In this document: one piece after another, positions 30,558 to 41,135 of the stretch
Layout of the letters: every line of letters begins with the position of its first letter
Numbering within the stretch: the first letter of the stretch is position 1
Assembly: GCA_965205485.1 (NCBI GenBank)
Contig: OZ242180.1
Location: forward strand, 960,001-1,024,000
Length of the DNA: 64,000 bases
Direction: 5' to 3'
Origin: Candidatus Latescibacterota bacterium
GTDB lineage: Bacteria > Latescibacterota > UBA2968 > GCA-2709665
The notes under the pieces: generated by a model
The model's input: the letters and a program-made list of their open reading frames with translations, nothing else
Databases searched by the model: none
Told to the model about the DNA's origin: nothing
Program-made: the position numbers and the translations under genes

Positions 30558-31610
30558 TTAGAGGTCGTACACAAATGAGATGGTGACCGCATAGAAGACG
30601 ATATCACTGAGCACCAGATCGAACGTTGCGGGCGTGTTCCCGTTTGCAAGCACCGGCGCGTGACTTCGCACCTGGTCCCATTTTCCAGGTTTCCGGACAT
30701 CCCCGTAACGCGCGTAACGCCCCCGCAGCGCAATGCCGAATCGCTCGTTCGCTTCGTACGCCACACCGCCGATCAGATTCGTCCCGATCGTCGATTCAGC
30801 CAGTCGAAGCCACGCGGAATCGGCCGTGCCCGCGGCCCGCGTCTGCCATGCAGGAATGGCGGCTTCTGCGCCAGGATCAACGCCGCCTTCCGGCGCGAAT
30901 CCGTCAGTGTGCGTTCGTCGGACCCGCAATCCCTTGAAAACGAGAATGACGTTCGACACGCCGCCTCCAACGCCGACAAATGGCGTGAAGCGCGAGGAAT
31001 TGTTGTAGTCGAGAAGCACATTCAGAAACAGGTCCGTAATGTTGAAACCAGAAACCCTGGCCTGAGGTTCTTCGACAGCACTCCACTCACGTACCCTCTC
31101 CGGCGCCAGCCGGCCCGCGTCCACCATCGGCGCCGAGGTTGCGCCCAGCACGGTATTGTTCAGTTCGGCTTCCAGCCGGAGCCAGCCCTGGGAGTACCCC
31201 AACGCAAGGGCGGTTGCGCTGGTCATGGTTTCCGCACCCCGGTCAAACGCCATTGTCGCGTACGCTCCGGACGCAGTTTCAGAGCAGGCAGGATCGCGCG
31301 GGACGGCGGCCGGATCCGGATATAACAGCCGGTCACAACGCGTCGGCTGATCGATGCCTTCGATGCTCCCTCGAATCGTCAACGCGTCCGAATCCCCGAA
31401 ATCGCCGCGCAAATAGAACCCGTCTTGTCCCTGGGCGCTCAACCCAATGGGAGCCAGGAACCAACTCAACGCAACGAGTACAATCGCCATCGCGAGTTTA
31501 ACACCGATGGCCGCACCGAAGATTTCCGCGCGAACGGTTTCCGGCAACGCCTTGCCCCTTAGCCCCGCAATCTTTTCCGCCCCCACAATCGTGAATCGTA
31601 CTGTCGACAT
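30558..31610 (-). CDS. Outer-membrane beta-barrel protein (opacity/OmpA-like membrane domain) with large loops
   Basis: Hydrophobic leader, GFYLRGDFG, LGYSQGWLRLEAE, SRFTPFVGVGGG, amphipathic C-terminal strand VTISFVYDL. Start uncertain. Confidence 0.7.
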   Translation of the reverse strand: MSTVRFTIVGAEKIAGLRGKALPETVRAEIFGAAIGVKLAMAIVLVALSWFLAPIGLSAQGQDGFYLRGDFGDSDALTIRGSIEGIDQPTRCDRLLYPDPAAVPRDPACSETASGAYATMAFDRGAETMTSATALALGYSQGWLRLEAELNNTVLGATSAPMVDAGRLAPERVREWSAVEEPQARVSGFNITDLFLNVLLDYNNSSRFTPFVGVGGGVSNVILVFKGLRVRRTHTDGFAPEGGVDPGAEAAIPAWQTRAAGTADSAWLRLAESTIGTNLIGGVAYEANERFGIALRGRYARYGDVRKPGKWDQVRSHAPVLANGNTPATFDLVLSDIVFYAVTISFVYDL

Positions 31611-31866
31611 GGCGTCGCCTTTCGAGTTTTCGATTGACAACCACACGCGGCAGGGGTATGCTTTGAGAAACCCTCCCACCTTCCAACTGAAATGGCAAGG
31701 TAGTCAGCCCGTTAATAAAGCCCATCCGGGCTGCGTCCGGCCCTTATGACCGAATTACGGCGTTGCGCTCCCTCCTCGAATCCACGGATTCGATTCGGTC
31801 GCGCGCCTTGTCTTCGGCCACAATGACTCGGCCTCGCCTGCAGAGCGACTTTATCAACGGACTGCT

Positions 31867-33111
31867 ATGGCAAGGGTTGTCTTCAGATCGGTCGTTCTCG
31901 GCCTTTCGGCGGGCCTGGCGCTGGGCGGTCCCTTTCTCTTCGCGGACGCCGGGAATGCGGACGGCGAGACCCGTTCAGCGGGATACATCGGCGCGCAGGC
32001 CTGCGCGGAGTGTCACAGGGACCGGTTCGAGGAATTCAGGCGTACGGCCCACCATCTCACCTCCCGCTTTCCAGGTCCCGAAACGATTCCGGGCAGCTTC
32101 TCTCCAGACCAGGCGATCGTCCGGACCCGGAACCCCAACCTCCGCTTCGAAATCACCTCTGATCGTGACGGATACTATCAGACGGCCATCATTGGAAGAG
32201 GCGAGGGCAGCTACCGGCGGACCGAGCGCATCGACATTGTCACCGGCTCCGGGAAAATCGGCCAGACCTATCTCTTCTGGCAGGGCGACCTCCTGTATCA
32301 GCTTCCGATCTCGTATTTCACGCAGCAGCAGCGGTGGATCAACAGCCCGGGTTATCCCGACGGCGAGGTGAACTTCTCACGCGGCGTCGTCCCCCGGTGT
32401 CTGGAGTGCCACGCCACCTGGTTCGAATCGGAATCCTATACCAGTAACGCATACAACAAGGAGCATTTCGTTCTTGGCGTCTCCTGCGAGCGCTGCCACG
32501 GCCCCGGAGCGGAACACGCGGCCTATCAACGCGCAAATCCCGACGCGAAGGACACGCCGCACATCCTGCACCCGGGAGGACTCGATCCGCCGCGGCTGAT
32601 CGATCTCTGCGCGCAATGCCACTCCGGCGTCGGCGTGCCGAGCCAGCGGCCTTTCTCCTTCCGGCCCGGGGAGTCCCTCAGTGATTTCCTCAAACTGGAC
32701 CCCCACGAAGAACTGAACAGGATAGGGGTCCACAGCACCAACCAGCTGCCGCGGCTGACCAGGTCGAAGTGTTTCCAGCAGAGTTCGGCCATGACCTGTA
32801 TCACCTGCCATAACCCGCACGCCCTCGAGCGCGGGAACCTGTCCCTGTTCTCCCGGCGTTGCGCGGCATGCCACGAGACCCACGCCTGCGGCATGTCCGC
32901 CGAACTGGGTGACGCGATGCAGTCCAACTGCATCGACTGCCATATGCCCCGCAAACAAGACCTGGAAACCGGGTTCGAAACCGCCGAGGATTTCCAGTTT
33001 CCCACCATGCGGGACCACTTCATCGCCATCTATCCGGAAATCAGCCGGCGCCTGGCGCCGCGTTTTCCGCACCCGGAGAAAACCACTCCACCTCAGCAGG
33101 GGGGACACTGA
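31867..33111 (+). CDS. Periplasmic multiheme c-type cytochrome (7 CxxCH)
   Basis: Signal peptide. Heme motifs CAECH, CLECH, CERCH, CAQCH, CITCH, CAACH, CIDCH. Also YIGAQAC and GVSCERCHGPG (c554/c552-like). Confidence 0.88.
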   Translation: MARVVFRSVVLGLSAGLALGGPFLFADAGNADGETRSAGYIGAQACAECHRDRFEEFRRTAHHLTSRFPGPETIPGSFSPDQAIVRTRNPNLRFEITSDRDGYYQTAIIGRGEGSYRRTERIDIVTGSGKIGQTYLFWQGDLLYQLPISYFTQQQRWINSPGYPDGEVNFSRGVVPRCLECHATWFESESYTSNAYNKEHFVLGVSCERCHGPGAEHAAYQRANPDAKDTPHILHPGGLDPPRLIDLCAQCHSGVGVPSQRPFSFRPGESLSDFLKLDPHEELNRIGVHSTNQLPRLTRSKCFQQSSAMTCITCHNPHALERGNLSLFSRRCAACHETHACGMSAELGDAMQSNCIDCHMPRKQDLETGFETAEDFQFPTMRDHFIAIYPEISRRLAPRFPHPEKTTPPQQGGH

Positions 33112-33112
33112 T

Positions 33113-34933
33113 ATGCGCCAATACAGAACGCTCACCCTGGCCGACCGGGGTCAACCCCGTACCGCCATCGTCGTCCCGGATGGCGCCGGAGATATCCTCC
33201 GCGACGCCGCCTCGGAACTGCAAACCGCGCTGGAAAAGATGACGGGCATGGCGCCCCCGATGGGCACGGACGGCGGCAATCCGGCGCCCCGCGGCAGAAC
33301 GGCAATCCACGTCGGGTCCACCGCGTACGCCCGGTCGCTGAACCTGGATGCAGGAAACGCAGGCGTAGAGGGCTACCGCATCCACACTGCCGGCAGGGAT
33401 CTCTTCATCCTTGGCGGTAGCGACAGCGGCACGGCCTACGGCGTCTGCGGCCTGCTGGAAGACCATCTCGGCGTTCGCTGGTTCATGCCCGGCGAACTCT
33501 TCGAAGACATCCCGATGCAAACCACCCTCAGAATTGCACCGGTAAACGAGACGCAAACTCCTGACTTCCTCTTCCGCGTCTTCAGCGGAATCGCCGGGCT
33601 GGAAGGGCATCGCTGGGAACGCCGCAACCGCGTCTCCAGCCGCAGGCACGAACTGCCCTATGCCGGCTTCCACCACGCACTGTACAAGATTTTCCCCGTT
33701 GCCGAATACGGAAAGACCCATCCTGAGTACTACGCGCTCATCGACGGTGAACGGTTGATACCGGAAAACGACGCCGTAAGCAACGGCCTTTTCGGCCAGC
33801 CCTGCACGAGCAACCCCGAAGTCGTCGACGTTACCATAAAGGCCGCGCGCGCCTACTTCGACGAGTACCCCGAGGCGCACTGTTTCTCGTTGGGGATGAA
33901 TGACAACGGGAACTTCTGCCTTTGCGACAACTGCCGCGCCCTGGACATTCCGGATCTGAAATTCCGGGACCGCCCGATCTACTCCGACCGGTGGTTCACC
34001 TACTTCAACGCCGTCGCACGCGCGCTGCAGGAATCCCATCCCGGGAAATTCGTGGGATGTCTGGCCTACCATAACGTGGAGGAGCCGCCCAGACGCATCG
34101 AACGCCTCGAGCCCAACGCCGCCATTTATCTGACGCAGGATACCGCGCAGCACCTGGACCCTGAATATCGGGACAAGGACCGTGAATTCATCCTCTCCTG
34201 GCTCCAGCAGTGCGACCACGTCTGCAAGTACGACTACTATGGCCTGGGCTGGGTGCTGCCGCGCTACTTTGCAGGCCTGATGGCCGACGACATCAAGTTC
34301 CAGCACAGCGCGGGCGTCAAGGGCTTCTATGCCGAAGCCTATCCCCACTGGCCGGCGGCCGGTCCGCAGATCTGGCTGGCATCCAAACTCTGGTGGGACG
34401 CCGGCCAGGACCCGGAAAAGCTCCTCGATGAGTTCTTTTCTCGGCTGTTCCGCGGTGCCGCGGGGGAGGTCCGCGCTTTTTACGACCGTCTCGAAGCCAT
34501 CTGGCGCCGACCGCGGGAGGGCCGGTGGTTTCAGGGTCTGCGCGGGCTGCGCGACCAGGTACCCTGTTACGATTCTGCCGACGCAGACGCCCTCGAAGCC
34601 GCGCTGGACCGCGCGTACAAGGCCACGCGCGACCCGCTCGTCCGTCTCAGGATCGACTACATCCGCCGCTGGTTTGCCTTTCCCGCGACCCTCATCCGCG
34701 GCTGGCACGGAGCCGATGAACTCCTTGGCCTGCAGCCGGGACCCGCGGCCAGGCAAAGGGCGGGAGATCTGCGGAAACTCAGGCCGCGCCTCAAGAGGAC
34801 ATACCGCCAGGCCGTGCTGGAGGACCGCAACATGCCCAAGTCCGCCTATTTCAACGACGGCAGGTACGAGGCGCGCGTCGCGGACCCGTGGACGGAGAAG
34901 GTCGATGAAGCACTGGCGCATGCGGGAGGCTGA
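33113..34933 (+). CDS. DUF4838 domain protein (GH67/GH20-type N-terminal domain; putative glycoside hydrolase)
   Basis: AASELQTALEKMTG, EGYRI, GTAYGVCGLLEDHLGVRWFMPGE, HPEYYALIDGER, QPCTSNPEV, SLGMNDNGNFCLCDNC. Confidence 0.8.
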   Translation: MRQYRTLTLADRGQPRTAIVVPDGAGDILRDAASELQTALEKMTGMAPPMGTDGGNPAPRGRTAIHVGSTAYARSLNLDAGNAGVEGYRIHTAGRDLFILGGSDSGTAYGVCGLLEDHLGVRWFMPGELFEDIPMQTTLRIAPVNETQTPDFLFRVFSGIAGLEGHRWERRNRVSSRRHELPYAGFHHALYKIFPVAEYGKTHPEYYALIDGERLIPENDAVSNGLFGQPCTSNPEVVDVTIKAARAYFDEYPEAHCFSLGMNDNGNFCLCDNCRALDIPDLKFRDRPIYSDRWFTYFNAVARALQESHPGKFVGCLAYHNVEEPPRRIERLEPNAAIYLTQDTAQHLDPEYRDKDREFILSWLQQCDHVCKYDYYGLGWVLPRYFAGLMADDIKFQHSAGVKGFYAEAYPHWPAAGPQIWLASKLWWDAGQDPEKLLDEFFSRLFRGAAGEVRAFYDRLEAIWRRPREGRWFQGLRGLRDQVPCYDSADADALEAALDRAYKATRDPLVRLRIDYIRRWFAFPATLIRGWHGADELLGLQPGPAARQRAGDLRKLRPRLKRTYRQAVLEDRNMPKSAYFNDGRYEARVADPWTEKVDEALAHAGG

Positions 34934-34993
34934 CTACCGAACCACTGGTTATGAAAAAGGATCTCGGAAATAACTCAGAAGCAGGAGAAGCCC

Positions 34994-35827
34994 ATGACCG
35001 TAAAATCCGTTTATATGATGACCGATTTGGAAGGCGTGGCCGGCGTCGATGATTGGGACCCGAGGCACCGGGACGACGCCACAACGGCCAAAGGCGTGTA
35101 CGATCGCGCCGAGATGCAGCGCCTGTTGACGGGTGAAGTCAACGCCGCGGCCGAAGGTCTGTTTGCAGCAGGTGTCGAAGAAGTGATCATCAATGACGCT
35201 CATGGAGCCGGGCGCACGATTCTGTCAGAAGAATTGGTTTCAGGCGTGAATCTGGTACAGGGTGTCAATCGGCCGTGCTGGTTGCCGGGCTTGTCGCCCC
35301 GTTTTGACGCGTTGATACAGGTTGGCATGCATGCGATGACCGGCACGCCCAACGGATGCCTCGCACATTCGATGAGCCGCGATATGGTCTATCGCGTCAA
35401 CGGCGCAGAAGTCGGCGAGATGGAAATGGCGGCGTATCTGTGTGGTCATCTGGGCATTCCCTGGGTCTTTACATCGGGCGACCTACATGCTTGTGCCGAA
35501 TCCGAACGATGGGTCAGCGGCATCGTCACGGCGCCGGTAAAGGAAGGTCTGGGAGAATTGTGTGCCTTGCACCTGGCGCCGACAGATGCCGGCGCCCTGA
35601 TCAAAGCGCGCGTTCAGGAAGCCGTTGCGGTCGCAAAAGACATCGAACCGCTCATCGAAAAGAGTCCTGTGGCGATGGAAGTAACGCATCCCGAACCCAA
35701 TCGACTCTCCGTGCGGGACGGCTGCGAACGGGCCGACGACCGTACGATCAGGTGCAAAGGCGAATCCTTCTGGCAGGCATTTCACAACTACTTTTATGGA
35801 AAGCCCGATTTTCCGGTTCCCGCATAA
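34994..35827 (+). CDS. M55 family metallopeptidase (DppA-like D-aminopeptidase)
   Basis: MMTDLEGVAGV, EVNAAAEG, INDAHG, VGMHA, LAHS, VGE, SGD, VKEG. Confidence 0.9.
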   Translation: MTVKSVYMMTDLEGVAGVDDWDPRHRDDATTAKGVYDRAEMQRLLTGEVNAAAEGLFAAGVEEVIINDAHGAGRTILSEELVSGVNLVQGVNRPCWLPGLSPRFDALIQVGMHAMTGTPNGCLAHSMSRDMVYRVNGAEVGEMEMAAYLCGHLGIPWVFTSGDLHACAESERWVSGIVTAPVKEGLGELCALHLAPTDAGALIKARVQEAVAVAKDIEPLIEKSPVAMEVTHPEPNRLSVRDGCERADDRTIRCKGESFWQAFHNYFYGKPDFPVPA

Positions 35828-35872
35828 TGGACCGGGCGGGTTTCGGTGATCGCCGCGCCGGTCACAAGGCGG

Positions 35873-36736
35873 CTATTCGTAAAGAAGCTCATCCACCTCC
35901 TGCATCAGTTCCAACCAGTCCAGATGGGTCTTTGCCACACTTTCGAGGTGCACGTCGCTCCGTGCCAGGAATCCCGGTACCTCGTCCCGTCCCGTCGGCT
36001 TTGACGGGTCCGAGTAACGAATATCCAGGCTCCAGCGGATGCGGTCCGTCCGGTTGGGAAAGGACCGGTGCGCCGTCTTGTGCTGGAACACCACCACGCC
36101 GCCCTTTCGCACCGGACAGGCGACATGCACGCCATCCGGAACCCACCCTTTCCGGATCCCCTCGTTCGGATAACCCGCCACCTCACCGTGCGGCATCAGA
36201 CCGGCGCGGTGGCTGCCCGGTATCACCTCCAGGCATCCATTTTCCACCGAAACGTCCACCAGCGGAATCCAGAAGTTCACCATGAACGTGGCTTCCGCAT
36301 CAGGATGCAGGAAACCCAGGTCCTGGTGCCACGGGATCTGCGACCGGACCTCGTTGGGCATCTTCGCCTGGCAATTGAACTGAGGATGAGCCAGGATCTC
36401 CGGGCCGATGACGGATTCCACGATGTCCAGAATCGACGGGTGCGTGATCACGGCAAACATCCCCGCCGTCTTGAGGCACTTTCCCGTCACCGCCTTTTCG
36501 ATTTCCGACGCATCGTCCATCGTCTCGCGCAGGCGCGCCAGTCTCCGATCGAAGGGCGCGTTTTCGAACGAATCGGACAGCTTGCCATTGGAGCAGGCTT
36601 CCCGCGCCTTGCGATCGATCCCCTCGGCGATGTCGTCGATCAGCGGCTGCAAGTCTTCCGGCGACAGCACGTCATCCAGCAACAGGTAACCGTCGTTCAG
36701 ATAATCGGAAAGCTGCTCCTCGCTCAGACCGGCCAT
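35873..36736 (-). CDS. PhyH family Fe(II)/2OG dioxygenase
   Basis: IPWHQD, NFWIPL, NGCLEVIPGSH, TAHRSFPN, RWSLDIRY. Confidence 0.9.
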   Translation of the reverse strand: MAGLSEEQLSDYLNDGYLLLDDVLSPEDLQPLIDDIAEGIDRKAREACSNGKLSDSFENAPFDRRLARLRETMDDASEIEKAVTGKCLKTAGMFAVITHPSILDIVESVIGPEILAHPQFNCQAKMPNEVRSQIPWHQDLGFLHPDAEATFMVNFWIPLVDVSVENGCLEVIPGSHRAGLMPHGEVAGYPNEGIRKGWVPDGVHVACPVRKGGVVVFQHKTAHRSFPNRTDRIRWSLDIRYSDPSKPTGRDEVPGFLARSDVHLESVAKTHLDWLELMQEVDELLYE

Positions 36737-36746
36737 AAATGAAGTC

Positions 36747-39700
36747 TCACGAGATTGTCTCCTGATCGACCGGCCGGAATGCCATCACCGTCCCCGCCGA
36801 GGTGGCGCATACGATTTGGCCGGCCTTGGCGCGAAGATGGGTGATTTCCCCATCGACCCGGTCCCTCGCGATCAGCTCCCCGCCGGCGTCGCAGGTCCGG
36901 ATCTCGCCCGTATCGAATCCTGCCAGGATCTTCACGGATCCATTGTCCCGGAACGTGGTCAGCCAGGTGATTTTATCCTCCAGGTCCCGGCGCCAGATGA
37001 CCTCTCCATCGCCCGCGACGCAGGCCAGCTGTCCCACGTCGCTGCCCGCGATCACCTCGGGTCTGCCGTCGCCATTCACGTCCGCAACGGCGATGTCCTC
37101 CACCTCGCCGCCCATATTCACTCGCCAGGACAGGGCGCCCGGCGCTTTCAATTTTCCGCTGCCTCCCAGGCCGGTCTGACCGAACAGTTCGCCGCTCGTC
37201 GCCGCGTTCACCGCCCGCCAGTCCCCGTACACCACCTCGATCACCCCGTCGTCATCCAGGTCGGCGGCGAGGATCGTCGGCGAGACGCATCCCGTGCTAC
37301 GCCGCCACCGCGCCGTGCCGTCGGGATTCAGGCAATTGATGGTATAATACTCGGTACCCACCAGCACCTCATCCCTTCCGTCCCCGTCCAGGTCCATGGC
37401 CAGACATCCGGTGATACAGTGATAGTGGGTCTCGGTCTGCCATTTCAGCGATCCGTCCGCTTCGAACACCTGCAGCAGCCACCCTTCGGCCCCGGCCAGC
37501 ACCTGCTTCCTGCCGTCGCCGTCCAGTTCGGCCGATGTCACGGTGGTCAGACGCTGCGGGCGCATCCCGCTGCCAGGCGGAAACTCGTGCTCCCAGCGCA
37601 CCTCGCCGCCGGCGCCCAGAACGTAAAGCCGGCAGTCGCGCGTACCGATAACAGCTTCCGGCGCACCGTCCCCGTCAATATCCGCAAGATGCACGGCGCG
37701 GACTTCGCCCTGCACGTGGAACACCCAGTTCCGCGCGCCTTCGCGGTCAATCAGGCAGACTTCTCCGCCGGAGGTGCCGAACAGTGTTCCGGCCGATGCA
37801 TCCGAGTCCACGGCGGTCACGCCCGATCCGGCATCGTACTTCCACAGAGGTTCGATACCGCTTCCGACCACTGGTCCCGGATTTATGGATACAGGACCGG
37901 GCCGGTACGACGGCGCCTCCCGCAGCAATCGGTCAAACGTCCCGGACGCGCGGGGCAGGATCTCCAGGTCGTGCCGGCCGGCCGCCAGCGTAAACCAGAC
38001 CAGTTTGCCCTCGCCTCCCGCCGAAATCCGCTCTCCGTTCAGACGGACCTCCTCCGCGCGGATGCCCACGCGGGTCTCTGTCCGGGTTTCGATAATCCCC
38101 TTCCCCCGAGCGAGGTTCATCTCCACCGAAACGGGCGCCCAACTCCTGAATAGCGGCGCTTCCCACGCCAGTTGTGTTCCCTCCACGAGGGCAAATCCGT
38201 CGCTGTCGATCCGGAACAGCTTTCCGTCCACGTCCAGTCCGCCATGTTCCGGCGCCCCGACGCCGGCCATCACGGCCTCGCCCGACCGCCGGTTGCGGAC
38301 CACGGCGACGGACGGACCCACGCGCTCCACGTCGAACCCCTGCGGCGATCCGTCATTGGAAGGATACAGCAGGTTCACGAAAGCGGTCCGGTCACCGGCG
38401 TCCATGGTGAGCCGTATCTTCTGGTGCCACATCCGGACGGTACCGTCGGCGTGCTCGTAATTCTTCCAGTTGGCCTCCCAGTCCGGCGCAAAGTCGGCCT
38501 CGCGGTCCGTCAGTGACTTTTCGGAGTCGTCCGCGTTAACGATGTGAAGCCGCTCGCCGTCCTGTTCGATGCGCAATCCGCTCTCTGACGCGTCCACCTG
38601 TCCGAGTACCCTCCAGATGGCGTCCAGGAGATAATCTCCGCCGTCCAGCGCGTCCACCGAGTCGATTACCAGGAAATACGCCCCCTTCCTCCAGAAGATA
38701 CTTCGCGCCCAGTCCGTGCCGTTATCCCCCGGGGATACGGTCTGGCTGTACCCCCAGTCTTCGAAATTGCCAATCGCCCTGAGCGCCACCTGCGACGGCT
38801 TGGGATAACACGTCCCGTCCTTCACGATCACCACCGTGTTGTGGTATCTCGCCAACCGGCGGATGTAGTCCAGGTCCGCCAGCCAGATGCGGTCGTTCCA
38901 GCAGAGGCGGATGATCGAGTTCCCGTCCTCCTGGGAATGGGAGAAACCCGTAGGCCCGTCGATCAACAGGTACTCGCTGCGCCTGTCAAAGCTTCGCCGG
39001 AACGCCAGCTTGTCGAACGCCTCCGCAAGGGGGACGTCCGATTCCACCAGGGGGTCTCCGTGGTACTGACCCGTCTTCCGTGCCCGATCCCGCGCGAATT
39101 CGTGCGCCGCCCCGTCCAGCATCGACGCGCGCACCCCCAGCAGTTCCACCGGTTCGACAGGCGCGATGTCCTTGAAGAAAAATCCGTCGTACACCTCCCA
39201 TCCGCCGATCCCCCAGTTCCTCTGGCGCTGGAAGGAATCCCGCCACTGCTGGCCCTGCTCCATCCAGTTGTAAAGCCACCGGTAACGCCCGTCGTTGTAG
39301 AACCATGCGCCGATTGACGCCGCCTGCAGCCCGCTCGGACGGCTGGCCCGGGATGCCCTGTACGCGCCGACGTCGCCGTACGTGCAGTCGTCGCCCCTGC
39401 TGTCGATGGTCAGCACCGCGCTGTCCAGCAGCCGCGCCAGATGACCGTCTTCGAGGTACGATTGATCGTCCGTCATCAGCCCGTACTTGATCAGGTGCCC
39501 GGGCGTAATCCACACGTAGCCCGTCCCCGCGTTGTCGTTCGGCTTGTACGACCTGGCGTGCAGTTCCAGGGTCCGGTGCGCCAAAGGCAGCTTTTCGTCG
39601 AAATCCGTCAGCCCGTAATACTTCTTGAAATACCTCGCTCCAATGAACAGACTCAGCGCCGCGAAGCTCTGGTGGTTCTGGTTCTGGACCACATCGTCGA

Positions 39701-40598
39701 CGGACTTGAACCTGAAATGCGTGAGTTCGGACGTCCACCGGATGATGTTGTAGATCGCGTTCGTCATCTTCAGCCGGTCGTCGTCGTTCAGCGCTTCCCC
39801 CTCCTCCATCACGTCCCACGCAGTCAGCATGCGGTATATCCAGAAGTAGAGATGCGTCCCCTGCGACAGGCACCAGTCGCCCGCCTCGTGGGCGAGATCG
39901 ATGAAGAACAGGAATTCCTCTCTGAAAATTCGACCCCATACCTCGTCGCCCGACAGATAATAGAGCATGGCGTGGTCCACCATGCGGCGCAGCGGCCCCT
40001 GACTTCCCGATAGCGCCACCTGCTCGTTGACCGTATCGATGATCTTCCGCGCTTCGGCGTCCGTGGGCGGGGATTCCGGGTTCTGCCGGGACACCGGCCG
40101 GTTGATCCGACCGATGCGCGGCCCCTCCCGCTCCACGATCGAGAGGAATTCGTCCACCGCCCGCGTCACGCCTTCAGGCGTACTTCCTCCCAGTTGTACC
40201 ACGTTCCGGCCGGTCCCGAAGGGATTGTGGACCGTTCTCACCTCGTACCCGTCCCCGCCGGGGTAATACTCGTCCGTCCACGCGTAGAAATTCATCCCCA
40301 GGCGCCGGATCGCCGCGTTGTTGAAGACGTTTCCCGCCGCGACGATGTGCGCGTTGTTCCAGTCGCTCTCCGCGATGTCCGATCCGGGCCGGACTTCGGC
40401 CCCGGTTCCCAGAGCCTCGGCGATTCTACGGCCGATTTCGACACCGGAATCACCGTCGGGAGGCACCACCAGCACATCTCCGGACAGGTCGGTCTCGAGA
40501 TGGAGATCCTTCAGCGTCGGGATCTCCCTGTTCACGATCTCGATGTCGTACGATTCCTGCCGACGCCTGCGCGCGCTTCGTCCTCCTGTTTCGGCCAT
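36747..40598 (-). CDS. Lyase-like core + FG-GAP/PQQ-like beta-propeller protein, paralogue 5 (1283 aa)
   Basis: YYPGGDGYEVRTVHNPFGTGRNV, QNQNHQSFAALSLF, YKPNDN, FDKLAFRR...YLLIDGPTGFSHSQEDGNSI, five DxD/NG(D)DG repeats. Start taken at ATG 40598. Confidence 0.85.
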   Translation of the reverse strand: MAETGGRSARRRRQESYDIEIVNREIPTLKDLHLETDLSGDVLVVPPDGDSGVEIGRRIAEALGTGAEVRPGSDIAESDWNNAHIVAAGNVFNNAAIRRLGMNFYAWTDEYYPGGDGYEVRTVHNPFGTGRNVVQLGGSTPEGVTRAVDEFLSIVEREGPRIGRINRPVSRQNPESPPTDAEARKIIDTVNEQVALSGSQGPLRRMVDHAMLYYLSGDEVWGRIFREEFLFFIDLAHEAGDWCLSQGTHLYFWIYRMLTAWDVMEEGEALNDDDRLKMTNAIYNIIRWTSELTHFRFKSVDDVVQNQNHQSFAALSLFIGARYFKKYYGLTDFDEKLPLAHRTLELHARSYKPNDNAGTGYVWITPGHLIKYGLMTDDQSYLEDGHLARLLDSAVLTIDSRGDDCTYGDVGAYRASRASRPSGLQAASIGAWFYNDGRYRWLYNWMEQGQQWRDSFQRQRNWGIGGWEVYDGFFFKDIAPVEPVELLGVRASMLDGAAHEFARDRARKTGQYHGDPLVESDVPLAEAFDKLAFRRSFDRRSEYLLIDGPTGFSHSQEDGNSIIRLCWNDRIWLADLDYIRRLARYHNTVVIVKDGTCYPKPSQVALRAIGNFEDWGYSQTVSPGDNGTDWARSIFWRKGAYFLVIDSVDALDGGDYLLDAIWRVLGQVDASESGLRIEQDGERLHIVNADDSEKSLTDREADFAPDWEANWKNYEHADGTVRMWHQKIRLTMDAGDRTAFVNLLYPSNDGSPQGFDVERVGPSVAVVRNRRSGEAVMAGVGAPEHGGLDVDGKLFRIDSDGFALVEGTQLAWEAPLFRSWAPVSVEMNLARGKGIIETRTETRVGIRAEEVRLNGERISAGGEGKLVWFTLAAGRHDLEILPRASGTFDRLLREAPSYRPGPVSINPGPVVGSGIEPLWKYDAGSGVTAVDSDASAGTLFGTSGGEVCLIDREGARNWVFHVQGEVRAVHLADIDGDGAPEAVIGTRDCRLYVLGAGGEVRWEHEFPPGSGMRPQRLTTVTSAELDGDGRKQVLAGAEGWLLQVFEADGSLKWQTETHYHCITGCLAMDLDGDGRDEVLVGTEYYTINCLNPDGTARWRRSTGCVSPTILAADLDDDGVIEVVYGDWRAVNAATSGELFGQTGLGGSGKLKAPGALSWRVNMGGEVEDIAVADVNGDGRPEVIAGSDVGQLACVAGDGEVIWRRDLEDKITWLTTFRDNGSVKILAGFDTGEIRTCDAGGELIARDRVDGEITHLRAKAGQIVCATSAGTVMAFRPVDQETIS

Positions 40599-40701
40599 TG
40601 TCTTCACCTCTAAAATATCCCCGTGCGTCCTGTCTTGTGGAGGTCCGAACAAAATTGTGAACGTATCTGATTCTTCGTCAGACAGACATCCGGTGAATTT
40701 C

Positions 40702-41079
40702 CTATGCTTGCGCGGGACCGGCAAAGTCTGGCGATCTGACGTTCTCCAGAAGCTTTAAACACAGAGATCGCATGGTCTCAAGTTCGTGTAGGAACTCGCG
40801 TTGCGCTTCCTCCGCCGGTAAGCTGTCGAATAGATCGGGTAATTGTATCCCGTGGCCCATGATCGCGTTGGCCTGTCTGTTTTTCAGATGCTTGCGCACG
40901 TAGAGACAGTTGTCCGCATGGTAGAAGCGTTGAATCGCCTCTGTTCCACCCAGAATCCCGGCGCCTAATGACTGCACCATGCCCAAATTCAGCAGTGCGA
41001 AGTGTTCCAACCGTTGAATCACGCCGATGTCACGACACGTATCTGAAAGGTCAATTCGAAATGGATAGCTCTTTTTCAT
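40702..41079 (-). CDS. Hypothetical helical protein (DUF3969-like)
   Basis: 125-aa ORF from ATG 41079 (LLNLGMVQSLGAG...HGIQLPDLFD). Family resemblance is by eye only. Confidence 0.5.
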   Translation of the reverse strand: MKKSYPFRIDLSDTCRDIGVIQRLEHFALLNLGMVQSLGAGILGGTEAIQRFYHADNCLYVRKHLKNRQANAIMGHGIQLPDLFDSLPAEEAQREFLHELETMRSLCLKLLENVRSPDFAGPAQA

Positions 41080-41135
41080 GGCAATATCGTCGATGATGCC
41101 GTAGCGGTAGCACGATGGCTCCGCTCCATCCAACG

